DNA of 64,000 nucleotides from positions 73,346,001 to 73,410,000 of the forward strand of contig CM068744.1 of assembly GCA_035084275.1 (NCBI GenBank). The letters run 5' to 3'. The notes beneath the pieces were generated by a model. It did no database searches and was not told where the DNA came from. It saw only the letters and a program-made list of their open reading frames with translations. The stretch is from Hydrolagus colliei. Taxonomy: Eukaryota. The translations under genes were made by a program, and so were the position numbers. Positions 49,091-61,966 of the stretch are shown in pieces; within the stretch, counting starts at the first letter, position 1, and every line of letters starts with the position of its first letter.

Positions 49091-50639
49091 GCGCAATTAA
49101 CAACCAGAAGAGGTTATCAGGAAGGGTGGTTGAGGCAAGGATGCTGGATCATATCTTGATGCTATGACAGGTGGGTTTCCTGGAAGGATGATCCAAAGTG
49201 ACTTCTTCAACTGAACCTCTCTCGTCTTGTTGCTTAGGTGTCCCGTTGAGAGATTCAAAGCAGTGTCTTAAGGGCTACCAGTGCCCAATGTTTCTCATCT
49301 TCATCCCATTTCAAAACTTACATATCCAAGTTTCCTGTATGTATTTAAGAGGGAAAAGAAAGGGAAAAAATTTGGAAGCACTCACAGGGCCCAGTGACAA
49401 CCCTAAGAGTCTTCATCCTGAGTACAGGCACATTTTCATATTCTTCCTTGTGCCAAGGAGTTGAAGCCAGTTTAGATTTGTTTTGGTTGTGATGAGAGAA
49501 AGGGAGGTTAAAAGTATTGGTACAGAGGTATTACAACATCAAAAGGTAAAAGTGATATGGAACCAGTCATTGTATGTTTTTGACTTCATGAGTGTAAAAA
49601 TCCATTATTCGTTCTTCTGGCCTCTTTGTGTTTGCAACATTTTAACTCTTGCCTTTTAGAAGAAAACATGGTTTAGGTTAAAGACAGGGCAGGAGGAACA
49701 GCCAATGTTATATTGACTGTTCTTTTGGCTGAATTTAGTCAATCACCAGGGGGATTATTCTGCTCCGTTCAGTCAATGCAGCGAACCGTTCAGTGTGTAA
49801 TAGGATATAATGGGATTTCCAATTATAAATCTATACTGAAAGATTTGCTGTACTGAGCAAGATGGAATAGAACACCACTCCACCCTGATGAAGTAAGTGG
49901 ATATCTATCTTGAGATGCACTATGTTTTGACAAAGAGTTAAGAGCAGGTTTACTGGGCCAGAGACAATCCAATAGCCACATTTTTATATTCTTTCTGTAC
50001 GGCCAGGAGTTGAAGTCTGTTTATATCTTTGTGTGGCAATGGAGGTGGTTTAAAAGAAGAAGCAAACTCACTGTGAGCAGAATGAACTAGATTTTGATAA
50101 GCCCAAAGTACATTGGTTACACATTAGTCATGGCCCTAAGCCTCTGAGTTTGCCTACTTAACAACACTCTCTTCGTTTCTAATTCATCTTTTTCTTTAAA
50201 ATGGATGATGCAATATAAATGTAACTTGTTGCTGCCTTTGATCTGTCGACTACATGAAAATGTTTATTAGCTACAGTGGCTATTTTTCTTTTGCCCTCCC
50301 AGCGGGCACTGGCTATAACTGGGAAATACAGTAGATAAGTATGTTCCCTCTTGACAGCAACCTGATGAGCATAAGTATTCACATAAAGATTGAAACATAA
50401 AGCCAAAAGATCTAACTCCCCGAAACAGATCAAGGAGATTGAGACGTACCATTCCCAGTGCTTTGCTGGAGGGCTCCTAATCTCTTTCTTTGGAGGGAAA
50501 GAAATTAAAAGAATGTTTCAACAATACTGTAGCATTGATCCCCACACAAGATAAGAGAAAGCAGCCACCTAGGGTGCTACATTAACTTTTAATAGCTCTA
50601 CTCTAATGCCTTGTTTTTGACTTTTCTTTTGTCCCACAG

Positions 50640-50768
50640 AGCCCACGTACATTACCATTGGCCCTCCTACATGTGAGCTGCAGGTGAACTGCACCTTGAC
50701 AGAGAAGGACTGTATCTTCGGCTTCAAGCTGGACCGAAATGGGTGCCGCACGTGCCAGTGCAAAACCA
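50640..50768 (+). CDS. CRIM1: CRIM1 coding exon (exon 8 equivalent), antistasin-like repeat 1, 129 nt, phase 1-1
   Basis: gtcccacAG|AGCCCACG...AAAACCA|GTgagt. Translates (E)PTYITIGPPTCELQVNCTLTEKDCIFGFKLDRNGCRTCQCKT. Not in the ORF track in this frame. Confidence 0.96.
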
Positions 50769-52577
50769 GTGAGTGTTTGATGATACTGCCCCGTGTCTCT
50801 TCAGTCACTTAATAGGTCCCAACAAATAGGCATGTGCGAGCCGTGGACACTTTGACAGGAACACTCCTTTCTACCTGACTATCCAGTTCGAAACTCACAC
50901 ACTCTTACTTATTCAGAAAATTTCCAGATGTAGAGGTTCATAAATAGAATATGTGGTGGCATTCAGGGTGGTGTAACGAATATTTTCACAAATGAGACTC
51001 ATCCGAAAATCTCACATCACAGGTGTTGAAAGAAGATATTTAACATATTGCAGTACTACTGTCTCAGGAGTCTTACATTTACAGCAATTTTTGCAGTTGG
51101 TCTAAGGCTGGATTGAATATAGAAAGAAAATTTTGAAGAGTTTTTAAAAAATATATAAATTCCTTTGTGGTGATACTTAATTAGTGTAAAATATGCCAGG
51201 GAACGGTGCCTTTTAGTTCCATTGGTTTTGCCTCACTCTGTCATTAAAGTGAGATATGTGTGATCAATGTTTTTTTTCTGATGCTTGCTTGGCTGCTCGT
51301 TTTTAATGGCTTCTTTCAGGATTTTCTCACCTTCTCTTCTGAAGGCACTGATCCTGATTCTTGCTCGGAGTGCTGTACAGTTCATTGCGTTCCAAACGTG
51401 CTCTTGTTCCGTGCAGACGGGAACATTTTTCATATGTATCGCAGACAGGTATTGTCCATAGTATTGTCCAGGGGGGAGGTGGGAAATTACCATCAAGCCC
51501 AAACCTGTCCACATAGATGCCACCTCACACCAGAAGGTCATTGGATGATGACCAGAACAGGAGCATCACGGTGATGCAGATTTATTTTCCTTCCCTTACC
51601 CATGGATTCATTGCGTTGTGGTATCCTGTTACTGTCCTGCATGAGATGAGCTAAATTATCACAGATGGAGGGGATTCAAGCTAGTGTATGATAAAGCAGA
51701 GCTTTTTCTCAGAAGACTAGCAGGGAGCTATGTCTTGAGCTTGACAAGGATAGGATGGAGGCAGTCTAGAATGTGTCTCAAGACTGGGAAGCTCCAGTCC
51801 TATTGCCTTAATGATTGGGGACTATGGGCTGAGGAAACTCCCTATTCAGATGTTGCATGGGTGAAGTGGTTGAGGACTTGTGTGAAACTATCCCCAGTGA
51901 AAAGAAAAGGGAAGTTTCACAACTTGTTGTTTTGAGGAAAATGGAAAGAAAGTTAGAACGAAGAATAAAGAAAAAGGTAAAATAAGTGATAGCAAATTGT
52001 CTGTGACCAGTGGTTTACAGGGTACAGCTTAAAAATGAAATAAATGCACAGTAATGATACAATTCAAATGTCCAGATTTCTGGCATGACAAGAACATTGC
52101 CTGCAGTTAGTTAAATGTGGTTGCCCTTGTGAGACAATGCTTTGGGTAGAGACAGACACATTGAGGAGTTGGAGGATTTTATTTTTCTAACGCGCCTTTG
52201 ATTGTGTGTTTATAGCCTCCGAACCTCCAGTGAAGGGAAGCGTAGCCCATAGGTTTCAAAATGAATCATTTTTCAGCGACTTCCAGCAACTGCGCTCTGA
52301 GCAACCTAATTGACAAAGTGCATTGTTGTGAATACACAACACTCTGGAACGTGGAATTTTTATTGGGCCTTTGAAGCTTGCTCATTGAACAAAAACATTC
52401 CAGCTATGCATACATAAAGCTGGCTGCAAAATAAATCAAACATTTCTCATTGGGACTAATGGGGGAGTGTGCCTAAACTTTCCACATTAAAGGAGAAGGA
52501 AAATTCAGTGAAATGTACTCGTGTTTCTCTATAATGTAAAAGATAAGGTAAGAAAGCGCTTTATTCTAATTGTCAGA

Positions 52578-52668
52578 GAACAACAACAACAAAATTACAT
52601 TTATAGAGCGCCTTTTAGTCTGGAGGACGTCCCAAGGTGCTGAACAGTCAAGGGTCGGGACCCGAGGA
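52578..52668 (-). mobile_element. Short L2 3' terminus
   Basis: (CAA)n aaattacatttatagagcgcctttt...gacgtcccaaggtgctgaacag. Similar short termini at about 11152-11200, 14670-14765 (+), 47885-48014 (+), 55826-55980 and 56161-56226. Confidence 0.75.
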
Positions 52669-52934
52669 GAAAACATAAATTTAGGAAGTGTTTTCCTTCC
52701 GATTGAGACCAAGTTTTTTGGATATTCTCTTGTAAGCAGGTGCTTCAATAATAAATATAGAAGTGGGGAGCATAAGTTTTCATGTGTTTAAATTATAAAG
52801 ATTCAGAGTTCTTTATAACGAATGTACTGCCTTTAGGTTTTTCTTTCTCTTTATTGATTAAACATGATTCTATTTGGAATCCAGTGCCAACAACAGCATA
52901 GATAGCAACAGGGAAGCATCCTGAATGGAATTAG

Positions 52935-53920
52935 CTGTGCGATGGAGTTCCAGAGTGTGGGAACAGAGAGGCTGAAAGCTCGGCCATTGATGGTAGGATA
53001 GGTCATGTGGGAGATTATTGAAACCTATAAGATTATTAAGGGGCAAGACAAAATAGATAGTGGGAGACTGTTTCCCCTGGTTGGAGAAACCAGGGGTCAC
53101 AGTCTGAAGATTAGGGGTAAGCTCTTTCGTACTGAGTTGAGAAAAAAATTCTTCGCTCAGAGGGTAGTGAATTTATGGAATTCTCTACCCCAAAGGGCTG
53201 TGGATGCTCAGTCCTTGAACGTATTCAAGACTGAGATTGATAGATTTCTTATGGATAAAGGGATTAAGGGATATGGTGATAAGGTGGGTTGGTGAAGCTT
53301 GAATACATCAGCCATGGTATTATTGAATGGCGGTGGAGGCTAGAGGGGCCAAATGGCCTACTCCTGCCCCTAATTCTAAAAAAAAAGACATGGAGCAGAA
53401 TGGAGGGGGTGGGCAGGTTGATAGGGAGTCATCAGGTCAGAGAGTTAGGAAGGGGCAAGGCCATGAATGGCCTTGAATGTGAGGATGAGGATCTTAAATT
53501 CGATCCTCTGGGGGATGGGGTGCCAATGGAACCGGGCAAGGGTGGGAGTGATGGAGTCCGGAGCCTAGTGTGGGATGAGCTGCAGAGTTCTGGATGATCT
53601 GCAACTTGTGAAGGGAAGAGCCGGGAAGGCCGACGAGGTGGGAGTCTCCATAGACAAGCCTTGATGTGATGAATGCATGGATGGGGGTTTCGGCAACCTG
53701 AGGGGTGAAGTAGTGGCGGAGTCTGGCGATGTTACGGAGGTGGTGGAAGGCAGTGCTTTTCATGGCTCAGATGTAGGGGAGAAAGGACAGTTCAGGGTCA
53801 AACAAGACACCCAGTTTCCTGACTGGCTTCATGAGATGGAGAGTGCAGCCTTGGATGCTAATGCTGTCAGAGCCTGGAAGAGGAGAGATATAGTTGGGTG
53901 TCATCCGCATGCATGTGGAA
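52935..53920 (-). mobile_element. Degraded L2 fragment interrupted by a CR1 insertion
   Basis: Minus ORF AFHHLRNIARLRHY...HAFITSRLVYG. L2 sequence resumes on both sides of 53007-53386. Confidence 0.8.
53007..53386 (+). mobile_element. CR1-clade LINE 3' end
   Basis: IETYKIIKG...TRGHSLKI...FFAQRVVNLWNSLP...FKTEIDRFL is the typical CR1 ORF2 C-terminus, followed by a 3' UTR (gggccaaatggcctactcctgcccc) and an A-rich end. Confidence 0.9.
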
Positions 53921-54525
53921 ATTTAAAGTGCTTTGGCTGTAGTTTTAGGCGAATGGTTATTTGATGTCTGAATAATGCCTATTGAATGTTTTAATCACTC
54001 CTCTCACATTCTTCAATCAATTTTTTCGTCAAATAGCTATTGAATTCCCTCTTGAATCTATGACTAGCTCATGTTTTGAGTGAATCAGGTAATCCATGCT
54101 CTAGTGGGCCATGCCACAGAACAGTGCCAAACAGTAATATGCCTGTAATTTTGCTTGGACAGCAAAATATCTGATCTTCCCTGTTCACTCAAAAGAGACG
54201 TCTACGAAGAGGATTAATGAATGCAGGTGGGTGGGGAGGTGGGGGCGGAGAAGGAGTCACCTCCTTAGAAGTTGCACAAGAGCAGCACTGACTGGGTGAA
54301 GGTAAAGCCTGCTTTCATCCTGAGTGGAGCTTGAAGGGCAGAAGCTTAATCAATGGGGAGAGGGTGCACTTTACGTAGTGGGATACAAAACAAATTACAG
54401 TGAGCCTCGCTTGAGTTCCAATTTGCTTTTAATAATGCTGTTGAAATGCAGAAGACTCTGTGCCTCTTTGATTTATAACTCCAGTGAATTGAATGCAGTT
54501 ACAGCTGAGGTCCTTTGTTTTACAG

Positions 54526-54682
54526 GAGCAGAGTTGTGCACTGGACTGATTTCAGGCTGTGCCCTGGACTGTCCCTTTGGTTTGCAGACTGGCCCACATG
54601 GCTGTGAGATTTGCCAGTGTCGCCCAAGGCCAAAGAAGTGCAAACCAGCGGCTTGCGACAAGTACTGCCCTTTTGGATACAT
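54526..54682 (+). CDS. CRIM1: CRIM1 coding exon (exon 9 equivalent), antistasin-like repeats 2-3, 157 nt, phase 1-2
   Basis: tgttttacAG|GAGCAGAG...GGATACAT|GTacgt. Translates (R)AELCTGLISGCALDCPFGLQTGPHGCEICQCRPRPKKCKPAACDKYCPFGY(M). Confidence 0.96.
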
Positions 54683-56379
54683 GTACGTTTCCATGCTGTC
54701 TTAGAAATGGCGAAAGTGAATTGCACTATCTCAGTAATAAGGAACAGTTTACAGTTTTCATACATCTTAAAACTTTTACCTTCCTTCCCCCCCCCCCCCC
54801 CCCCCCACACTCCCCCCGAAATGTATATGATTGATGTGGCCATTTCTCCTGTGTGGGCGAGGAGTGAGGCGAGATAGAGAAAGAGAAGATACGGCGTCAG
54901 AGACACGTCCAGCCACGTCTCATCTCATAGGCTTTGATTGACATCCACAGGCATGCACTTATCAGCAGAAGTCATTGGGCAGTGATAAGGATCAGGACCT
55001 TTGGCTGATTTCTCCCACCTCCCTTCCCCATCCGCGTTAAACTCAGTGGCCAACAGTTTGTGGCCAACTCTGGCCCAGATGAACGAGGCTAACTCACTTG
55101 GGGCAAAAGCAGGAAGCCAACCAGAGGCTTCCCAGAGGGAGTGGCTTTAGTACCACATCTCGCGATGTCTCTACCTGCCGAGCCATCAGGGTAGCTTTGA
55201 AACCCTACTCCTGGTGAAGGGTAGTATTCAAATGCAAGTGGTTGTTGTTGAGGAGAACTTATACTTTTAAACTGTGGGTGGTGGGGTTTGGAGGGGGTGG
55301 GGAGAAGAGAGAGCGAGGAGGAAGACAAATGAAGTCCAATGCAGTTTATCTCAATCTGTCATAGAAAGAAAAGCAATTCGAAAGTCATTGCTGCTATCTT
55401 CATTCAAATCCCAAGTTATGCCCAAGCTATAATTATTTAATAAAACACAGATATTATCTAAATGTTGTGCTGCTGACTAACATGCAAAGAGAAGCCATAT
55501 GCCACAAAAATGCACCAGAGTCAGCTCTTGACTTGTTACAGGCCAGCCATCTTATAGGACAGTATTGCAGAAACTTCTTTACAGAATTCATTATTTAGTC
55601 AAATCTAAATCGTTACAAGGAATTATCCTTAATCATCAGGATTTGAGTTTTTTTTATTACAAAAAACCCCCCATAAATTTTCTTTCCTCTTCCTCCCCTT
55701 CCTTCTCCTCCACTTCTGACTAATTCTCAGATACATTTCCACTGACACTGATTAACCTCCCATATTTTACCCATGTGCCAAATATTTTATGAGCGAGTCT
55801 AGACAGTGAGTGTCAGTAAATTAAAGCAACAACAAAATTACATTTATGGAGCGCCTTTCATGTCGGGAGGACGTCCCAAGGTGCTGAACAGTCAGGAAGG
55901 GAGCCGAGCAAGGGAGAGGGGAAGGGCGGGAGGGTGGGGGGCAGGAGAGAGTTGGGAGGTTCAGCAGAAGGCACAGTTGTAAGGCAGCAGCAACTACTCA
56001 TCTTCAAGTGAACATGCCCTCTGCCAACATCCATGTTCACTTTCCAGCATGAGCATCTGGGTAGCGATCAGCAGCAGGAACTGAGGCTGATTTTCTCCTC
56101 CCACAGGCACAGAGGCCAGTTGTAGTGCCTGACTAAGGAGGTCCTGTATTTGTTCAGGATACAACAAAACTAAATTACATTTGTACAGCGCCTTTCACTT
56201 CAGGAGGACGTCCCAAGGCGCTGGACATAGAAATGCTTGAGATAGAAATCTAGAATTAAGTTCTGAATCCACGTTTTGCTGACCCCAAGTGTAGAGGCCG
56301 AGGTTTGATGAAAGAAGACCACTGTTCGATTTAGGAGATTTCAATTCCTGAATGTCTCCCTTTTTCTCTTTTAAAACAG

Positions 56380-56501
56380 GAAGAACAAACATGGCTGCGA
56401 TGCCTGCCGCTGCAAAAAGTGTCCAGAGATCCCCTGTGACAAGTACTGTTCAATGGGCTTTGAGCAGGATGTGTACGGCTGTCTTATCTGCAAGTGCAGA
56501 G
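56380..56501 (+). CDS. CRIM1: CRIM1 coding exon (exon 10 equivalent), antistasin-like repeats 3-4, 122 nt, phase 2-1
   Basis: ttaaaacAG|GAAGAAC...TGCAGAG|GTaaag. Translates KNKHGCDACRCKKCPEIPCDKYCSMGFEQDVYGCLICKCR. Confidence 0.96.
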
Positions 56502-59166
56502 GTAAAGGTGCAAGAGGGGAGGAAGGATACCATGCTGATTGCTTGTATGTTAAGTTGCAGCAGTCTGAGGAAGGAAGCAGTGAACTATTAGGAGCTTTAT
56601 GTGTACATCTCATTTCTTCCTGCAAGGCCTGGGGAAGAGTGCTGAGTGTCTTATTTCCATAGTAGTTAAACTATAGTCACCTTCTGCAATGAATGACACC
56701 TTATTTTGGGTTCTGAAATCCCATCAGCCCAAATGATTCTCCACCCCATTCGGAAAGGAGGGGACATGACATAAATGAATCTCTCATGTGCAAAAAGATA
56801 CCCCTGAACAGATTGCAAAATGTCTCTCTCAAGAGAACTTTGGTGCACAGATAAGCACCAGGAATAGTAAGTACACAGCTGTGTCCTTGATGGTACACTA
56901 CTCTTTATTCATATATTTATTGTTTAACTAATGGTACTTCAGTACGAAAGGTGCTAGGTTCGAAGATTCCTAGTCCATACTGAGTTAGCTGATATCAGGC
57001 AGGACAACTCTCAGCCTTCTGAAACACTACCTTGTTTGAAAGGCACTATATAAGTGATAGTTGTTATAATTAGACTAAGGGACCCTGCATTGAATGGTTT
57101 AGAGAGGTGGGGGGGTGGGGATCAGACAGTTTTCCCATTCCTGATCATCCTTATTCCTTTTGAAAGGTAAGCACTTGAACTTTGAGTGAGATTGGGATCT
57201 GTAATGTCCCACTGTTTGTATAGCCTCTGAACACTTACTGTCGTGTACTGTACAGTAATCCTCGGCAGCTGAGTTTCAGCAAGCAAATTGGTCATTCACT
57301 TGATGTGCTTTGTAGCAGATTGGCTGCTGTGTTCACCTACAAAATACATTCAGTACACTTTACAGTTTATCCTGCGAAACGCTTTCAGACATTCTCCCAA
57401 AGCGTAAGGGCACTGTATTAAACGCAAGGAGTATTATTGTGTATTTGACTGGGAGGGGCATTAGAACCAAGGTTAGTCCCAGTTTTAAATATATGTGGAA
57501 ATTACATTGTTATATTCAGACACTAGTGCTGACACTTCTTGATCCACGTTCCCAGCCCTCGCTCCTAGCTCTCTGCTGAATGTTGCAGTATTTCAGCCAA
57601 GACTGCATGGAAACTAAAACAAACGAATGCAATCACTCAATCAGCACTTTGTTGTGAAGTAGATAATGAAGGTTCCACTGTGTGCAAACAGCAAGTGATT
57701 TTTAATTTTCTTAATCTTGTGTATGTAACCAGCGGATGGTTTTACCAGCATCCATGGTTAAGTTCCAACTTGCGTTGAGATTTTCTTCAAGCACAGGCTC
57801 TTGCAAAACTATCAAAGAGCTCACATATCCTGCATGGAGAAGATTAATGCAGCCCTAATAGGAGATAGTGAGGACAAGATTTGGAGTTGAACGTTTGGTG
57901 CGTTGGATTTGGGAGTTGGAGAGGTGGAATCTGAATCAAGTGGCTAGGAAGAGGGAACAGAGTTTGAGGGGGGAAAATCCAGAGCAAAATCAAGTAGGTG
58001 GGAGTGCAGTCAGAGGGTGAGAAAGGGGGAGCAGAGTTAGATAGGGTCAGAGTCGGAGAGGTTTAAAGGCAGAGTTGGTGAGACAAATGGAAGCTAGTAT
58101 GGATAAAGGAAAAGGGATTGAGATCCCATTATGTAAACCCCTTTAGTCTACATCACCCACTTCAGCAAAAAAAAACAAAGGAAACAAATAGCTGGCATGA
58201 CTTGATTACTTGAAGAATAATTTTTTCATCTAGTTATGAGGCATGGGAGTACTACAGCTCCTGTTAAAGCACATTGTGCCACGGTTAGATTTCATTTTAT
58301 TTTACAACATCTGCCTTAAATCACTAACATTCCTCCAGCCCCTCACCCTCCCAGCCAGCAAACATCTTCAGTGCATATGACTGATGGGTTTACATTCCTT
58401 TCCACATTGTGTGTGTGTGTGAGGGAAAGTGTGTGAGATGCACAGAGCGCATTGTATAGGTAGTTTAATGCATTCTAAAGCACATTAAGGCAGATAGTCC
58501 CTGAAGAAAGGGGAAGAATGAAGGAACAAAAGTGAAATTTTCAGAGTTCCTTTCAGGTGAACATCTTATTTTATGGGAATGCTAAATGAAAAGTTGCAGT
58601 CTGGCACCTCTCTGGCCTAATTTATAACCCCCCCCAAAAAAGCCTCAGAAAGTCCTGATGGTATGGTTAAACTAATCTCTTCACTATGCATCACTGGGAG
58701 GCCAATGGGGCTGTCAGGAAGAGTAATTTATTCAGGTCATTTCTTTCATAAAATAACTCCTGGTAATGGTCGAATACTCAATCCATTTACTAAGCAGGTT
58801 TGGGGCTTGTGCCTGCTGAAGTTTGCATTTAGAGAGTACGGGTCACGGATCTTGTCATCGTCGTCATCTCCCCCGCCCCCCCCCCCCCCCCCCCCCTTTA
58901 TAATGCAGACTGTGGAGTGATGAAGTGGAAAGCTTTATTTGACCGGACAGATATCTCTGTCACTCTTGACACCTATATACACATTTTTATAAATAGTCAG
59001 AGGGAGAATTACCCCCATGGCCACTTTGGCAGGGTTCCTTGCCAGTGATAGAGCAATGCATCTCAAGCACAGACACACCAGCCTGTCACCTGGAATGTGG
59101 TGCCATCCTCACAGACACACCAGTCGGGCACAGAGACCAGACACGAATGAGCCAAATAACTTGTTT

Positions 59167-59521
59167 ATAATAATAATAATAATAATCCTTACATTTGGTA
59201 TAGCACTTTTCACGTCTTATCGACGTCTCAAAGCGCTTCACAGAATATACTGTAAAGTGAATTGACTGTATACTTTGTGGGCGAAATGTGGCAGCCAATT
59301 GCACACAGCAGTGACCCACAAACAGTTGTAGATTGAAATGACCAATTTTATTATTGTGGATTTTTTGGAGGGATTATTATTAGGCGTGTGGAGTAAGGAA
59401 ACCTGCCCAAGATTTCGCCCTGACCTGCCTAGATTCGAACACAGGTCTCACGCTTGTAAGGCGAGTGCTCTAACCACTGAGCTACAGGAGCTCCACAACC
59501 ACTGAGCTACAGAAGCTCCAC
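59167..59521 (-). mobile_element. tRNA-derived SINE, full length, with a tandem duplication of its first 25 nt
   Basis: aaccactgagctacaggagctccac followed by aaccactgagctacagaagctccac (59472-59521). Confidence 0.9.
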
Positions 59522-60240
59522 GGGTTTCTTATCCTCTCTCGCATTTTTCTCTCTTCCTAAAGCGTTTTAATTTTTTTTAATTTGCTTCTCCTGGGTATAG
59601 CTCTACAGATACGGATTACCACTCTGTACTCTGGCCAAGTGGCCCTCATTCATGTGTGTGAGCTTTTGACAGTATCTTCTAGCTGGGTTTCCCAAATGGG
59701 CAGAGATTATCACTGAACTCAACCAATACATAGGCCACATCCCCCGTCTTTGCATCTTCCCTTCTCCCCACACACACCACACATAATAGCCAAACAGTTT
59801 CCTGAAATCGATCCTGAGGTGGTGCCTGGCAATATATTGGTGAAATGTTTCCACAGCTCCTGAGATTTTGGGATGATCTGGCGATGCGTATGCAACGGGG
59901 AAGACACACACCGTTGTCTGTGTTCTCTGGGACGTTTGTTTTATCCTATCGTGTGAGGTTGGGGTGGGTGGTGGAAAGAGTAGTGTACATACAGCACATA
60001 CATACACAGTTGCATCAGTTCAGCAATATGCTGAAATAGTCTTCAGCACTCTCCTCATTGTGTGTGTTAGAGTGAGTATGTGTTGGGGGTAGCAGCAACA
60101 TGTGTGTAACTGCAAGAAATGCCTTTGATCCTGATTTAATGGAATACTTTACACGTGTGAGATGCTGGGAGTAACCAGGAGGATTGCTCTCACACGCATT
60201 GATAAAACACCCTGGTTTGTGCAGAGCAGCTGTGCAGTTC

Positions 60241-60394
60241 GAAGGCAAGACCTTTCTCTTCGACCACGCCTTTGGTCACCTTTCTCCCCCTGCCCCTGGC
60301 TCACCCCCGGGATCCCTTATTGTGAAGCGCTCTGAGACGCCGTTCGACGTGGAGCTGAGGGCGCTATATAAATCAAAGTTGTTGCTGTTGTTGT
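60241..60394 (+). mobile_element. 3' end of the second L2 family, ending about 60 nt before exon 11
   Basis: aagacctttctcttcgacc...gcgctatataaatcaaagttgttgctgttgttg. Confidence 0.75.
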
Positions 60395-60453
60395 TTAAGA
60401 CTTGCATAAGACAGTGACTCACTTGCTTCTTCTCTGCTTGATACCCACACCAG

Positions 60454-60663
60454 ATATGCCCACAACCATGGTCCCTCCAGTCAAAACTGGCTCTTGCTTG
60501 TCCATGGACGGTCGACGGCACGAGAGTGGTGAGAGCTGGCACGATGGATGCCGCGAATGCTTCTGCTACAGTGGGCGCGAGATGTGTGCCCTCATCACCT
60601 GCTCTGTGCCCAACTGTGGGAATCCCACCATCCGACCCGGACAATGCTGCCCGTCATGCCCGG
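60454..60663 (+). CDS. CRIM1: CRIM1 coding exon (exon 11 equivalent), VWC domain 3, 210 nt, phase 1-1
   Basis: cccacaccAG|ATATGCCC...TGCCCGG|GTaagg. Translates (D)MPTTMVPPVKTGSCLSMDGRRHESGESWHDGCRECFCYSGREMCALITCSVPNCGNPTIRPGQCCPSCP. Confidence 0.96.
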
Positions 60664-60692
60664 GTAAGGAAACTTGGCTGATGACCTCGCAG

Positions 60693-61027
60693 ATAATAAT
60701 AATAATCCTTGGATTTGATATAGCATTTTTCACATCTTATCGACATCTCAAAGTGCTTCACAGAGTATATTCTAAAGTGAATTGACTGTATATTTGTGGG
60801 CGAAATGTGGCAGTCAATTGTGCACAGCAGTATCCCACAAACAGTCATGGATTGAAAATGACCTATTTTATTATTGTGGAGTTTTTTTTTTTGGACGGAG
60901 TATTATTATTAGGCGTGTGGAGTAAGGAAACTTGCCCAAGGTTTCACCCTGACCTGCCTGGATTCGAACACAGGTCTCATACTTGTAAGGCGAATGCTTT
61001 AACCACTGAGCTATAGGAGCTCCACAT
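60693..61027 (-). mobile_element. tRNA-derived SINE, full length, 30 nt downstream of exon 11
   Basis: Reverse complement of the family. Confidence 0.9.
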
Positions 61028-61060
61028 GCAGAAGGACCATAAGTCCAGGACACCACAAAT

Positions 61061-61171
61061 GTACAGTCAACTTCACTTTACAGTATATTCTGTGAAGTGC
61101 TTTGAGACGTCTAGAGGACGTAAAAAGCACTGTGTCAAATGCAAGGATTATTATTAGTAGTATTATTATTA
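61061..61171 (+). mobile_element. SINE 3' tail; its (TTA)n end hosts the Tigger-like MITE
   Basis: cactttacagtatattctgtgaagtgctttgagacgtc...aatgcaaggattattatt. Confidence 0.82.
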
Positions 61172-61618
61172 CAGTAAAAGCCCGTTTATCCAGCACCCTC
61201 CAGGGGGTCGACTAATTGACTGTGTTGTAGGGAACGGCGATGTATCGGTTTTTCGATTAAACCCGATATGATTTTCAGATCGGTGTGCCGATATGGTGAT
61301 TCTAAAAAAACCGTTATATCGAGAAATTCGATTTTAAAAATATACATCGTTATATTTTTAATATCGTTCCTGGCAATATATCAATATTGTTGGTATTATC
61401 AGTGTAATGCGATCTTTTCCAGCTTACCTTGTCGCCGGCATTGCAACCTCCTAGACCTAGAGCATGGAATGTGCGTACATTCGGTGCGCGCGCACAATTA
61501 ACGGGTGCGCACATCCGATGCGCGCGCACACTTTCCTGTGTATACTCGATGTGAGTCGTGGCGTCTTAACAAAGTCGCATCGCTGAAAATTGTAGTTTGA
61601 AAATTTACCTTTCTCATC

Positions 61619-61966
61619 ATGGGGAAAAGAAGCCCCGTATGGGACTACTTTGAAAACAATGCAGTCAGTAATGGTGTGTATAGATGTACAGTTTGCAAGG
61701 TCTTGGTTAAGACATCTGATTCGAGCACGAGCAACCTGCGACATCACATTAAGCAGCACCACCCCGCCCAGCACGCTGCCCTCAGAGCGAAATCATTGTC
61801 GACAACAGCAGGAAGTCGAACCAGCGCTTCGGAGAAAGCGACAGGTAGTGGGGCCAGTGCAGCTCAAACAATTCCTGCTTTATTTAAGAGGAGAACATTG
61901 TACCAGAGAGGGGACAAAAAGTGGCAAAGTATCACGAACGATGTCACTTTTTGCATAGCAAAGGAC
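61619..61966 (+). pseudogene. Truncated hAT (ZBED1/Ac-like) transposase: BED zinc finger plus start of the next domain
   Basis: MGKRSPVWDYF...CTVC...STSNLRHHIKQHH is a BED finger, followed by ...ITNDVTFCIAKD. Similarity stops after AKD. No DDE catalytic or C-terminal dimerisation region is visible. Confidence 0.85.

Noticed and set aside
50360-50400. CTGATGA...GAAAC as a second hammerhead
   Set aside because: The intervening sequence forms no credible stem II, and I find no helices I or III.
51233-51541. Minus-strand 102-aa ORF as a nested antisense gene
   Set aside because: No recognisable motif and no supporting partner exons; length is within chance expectation.
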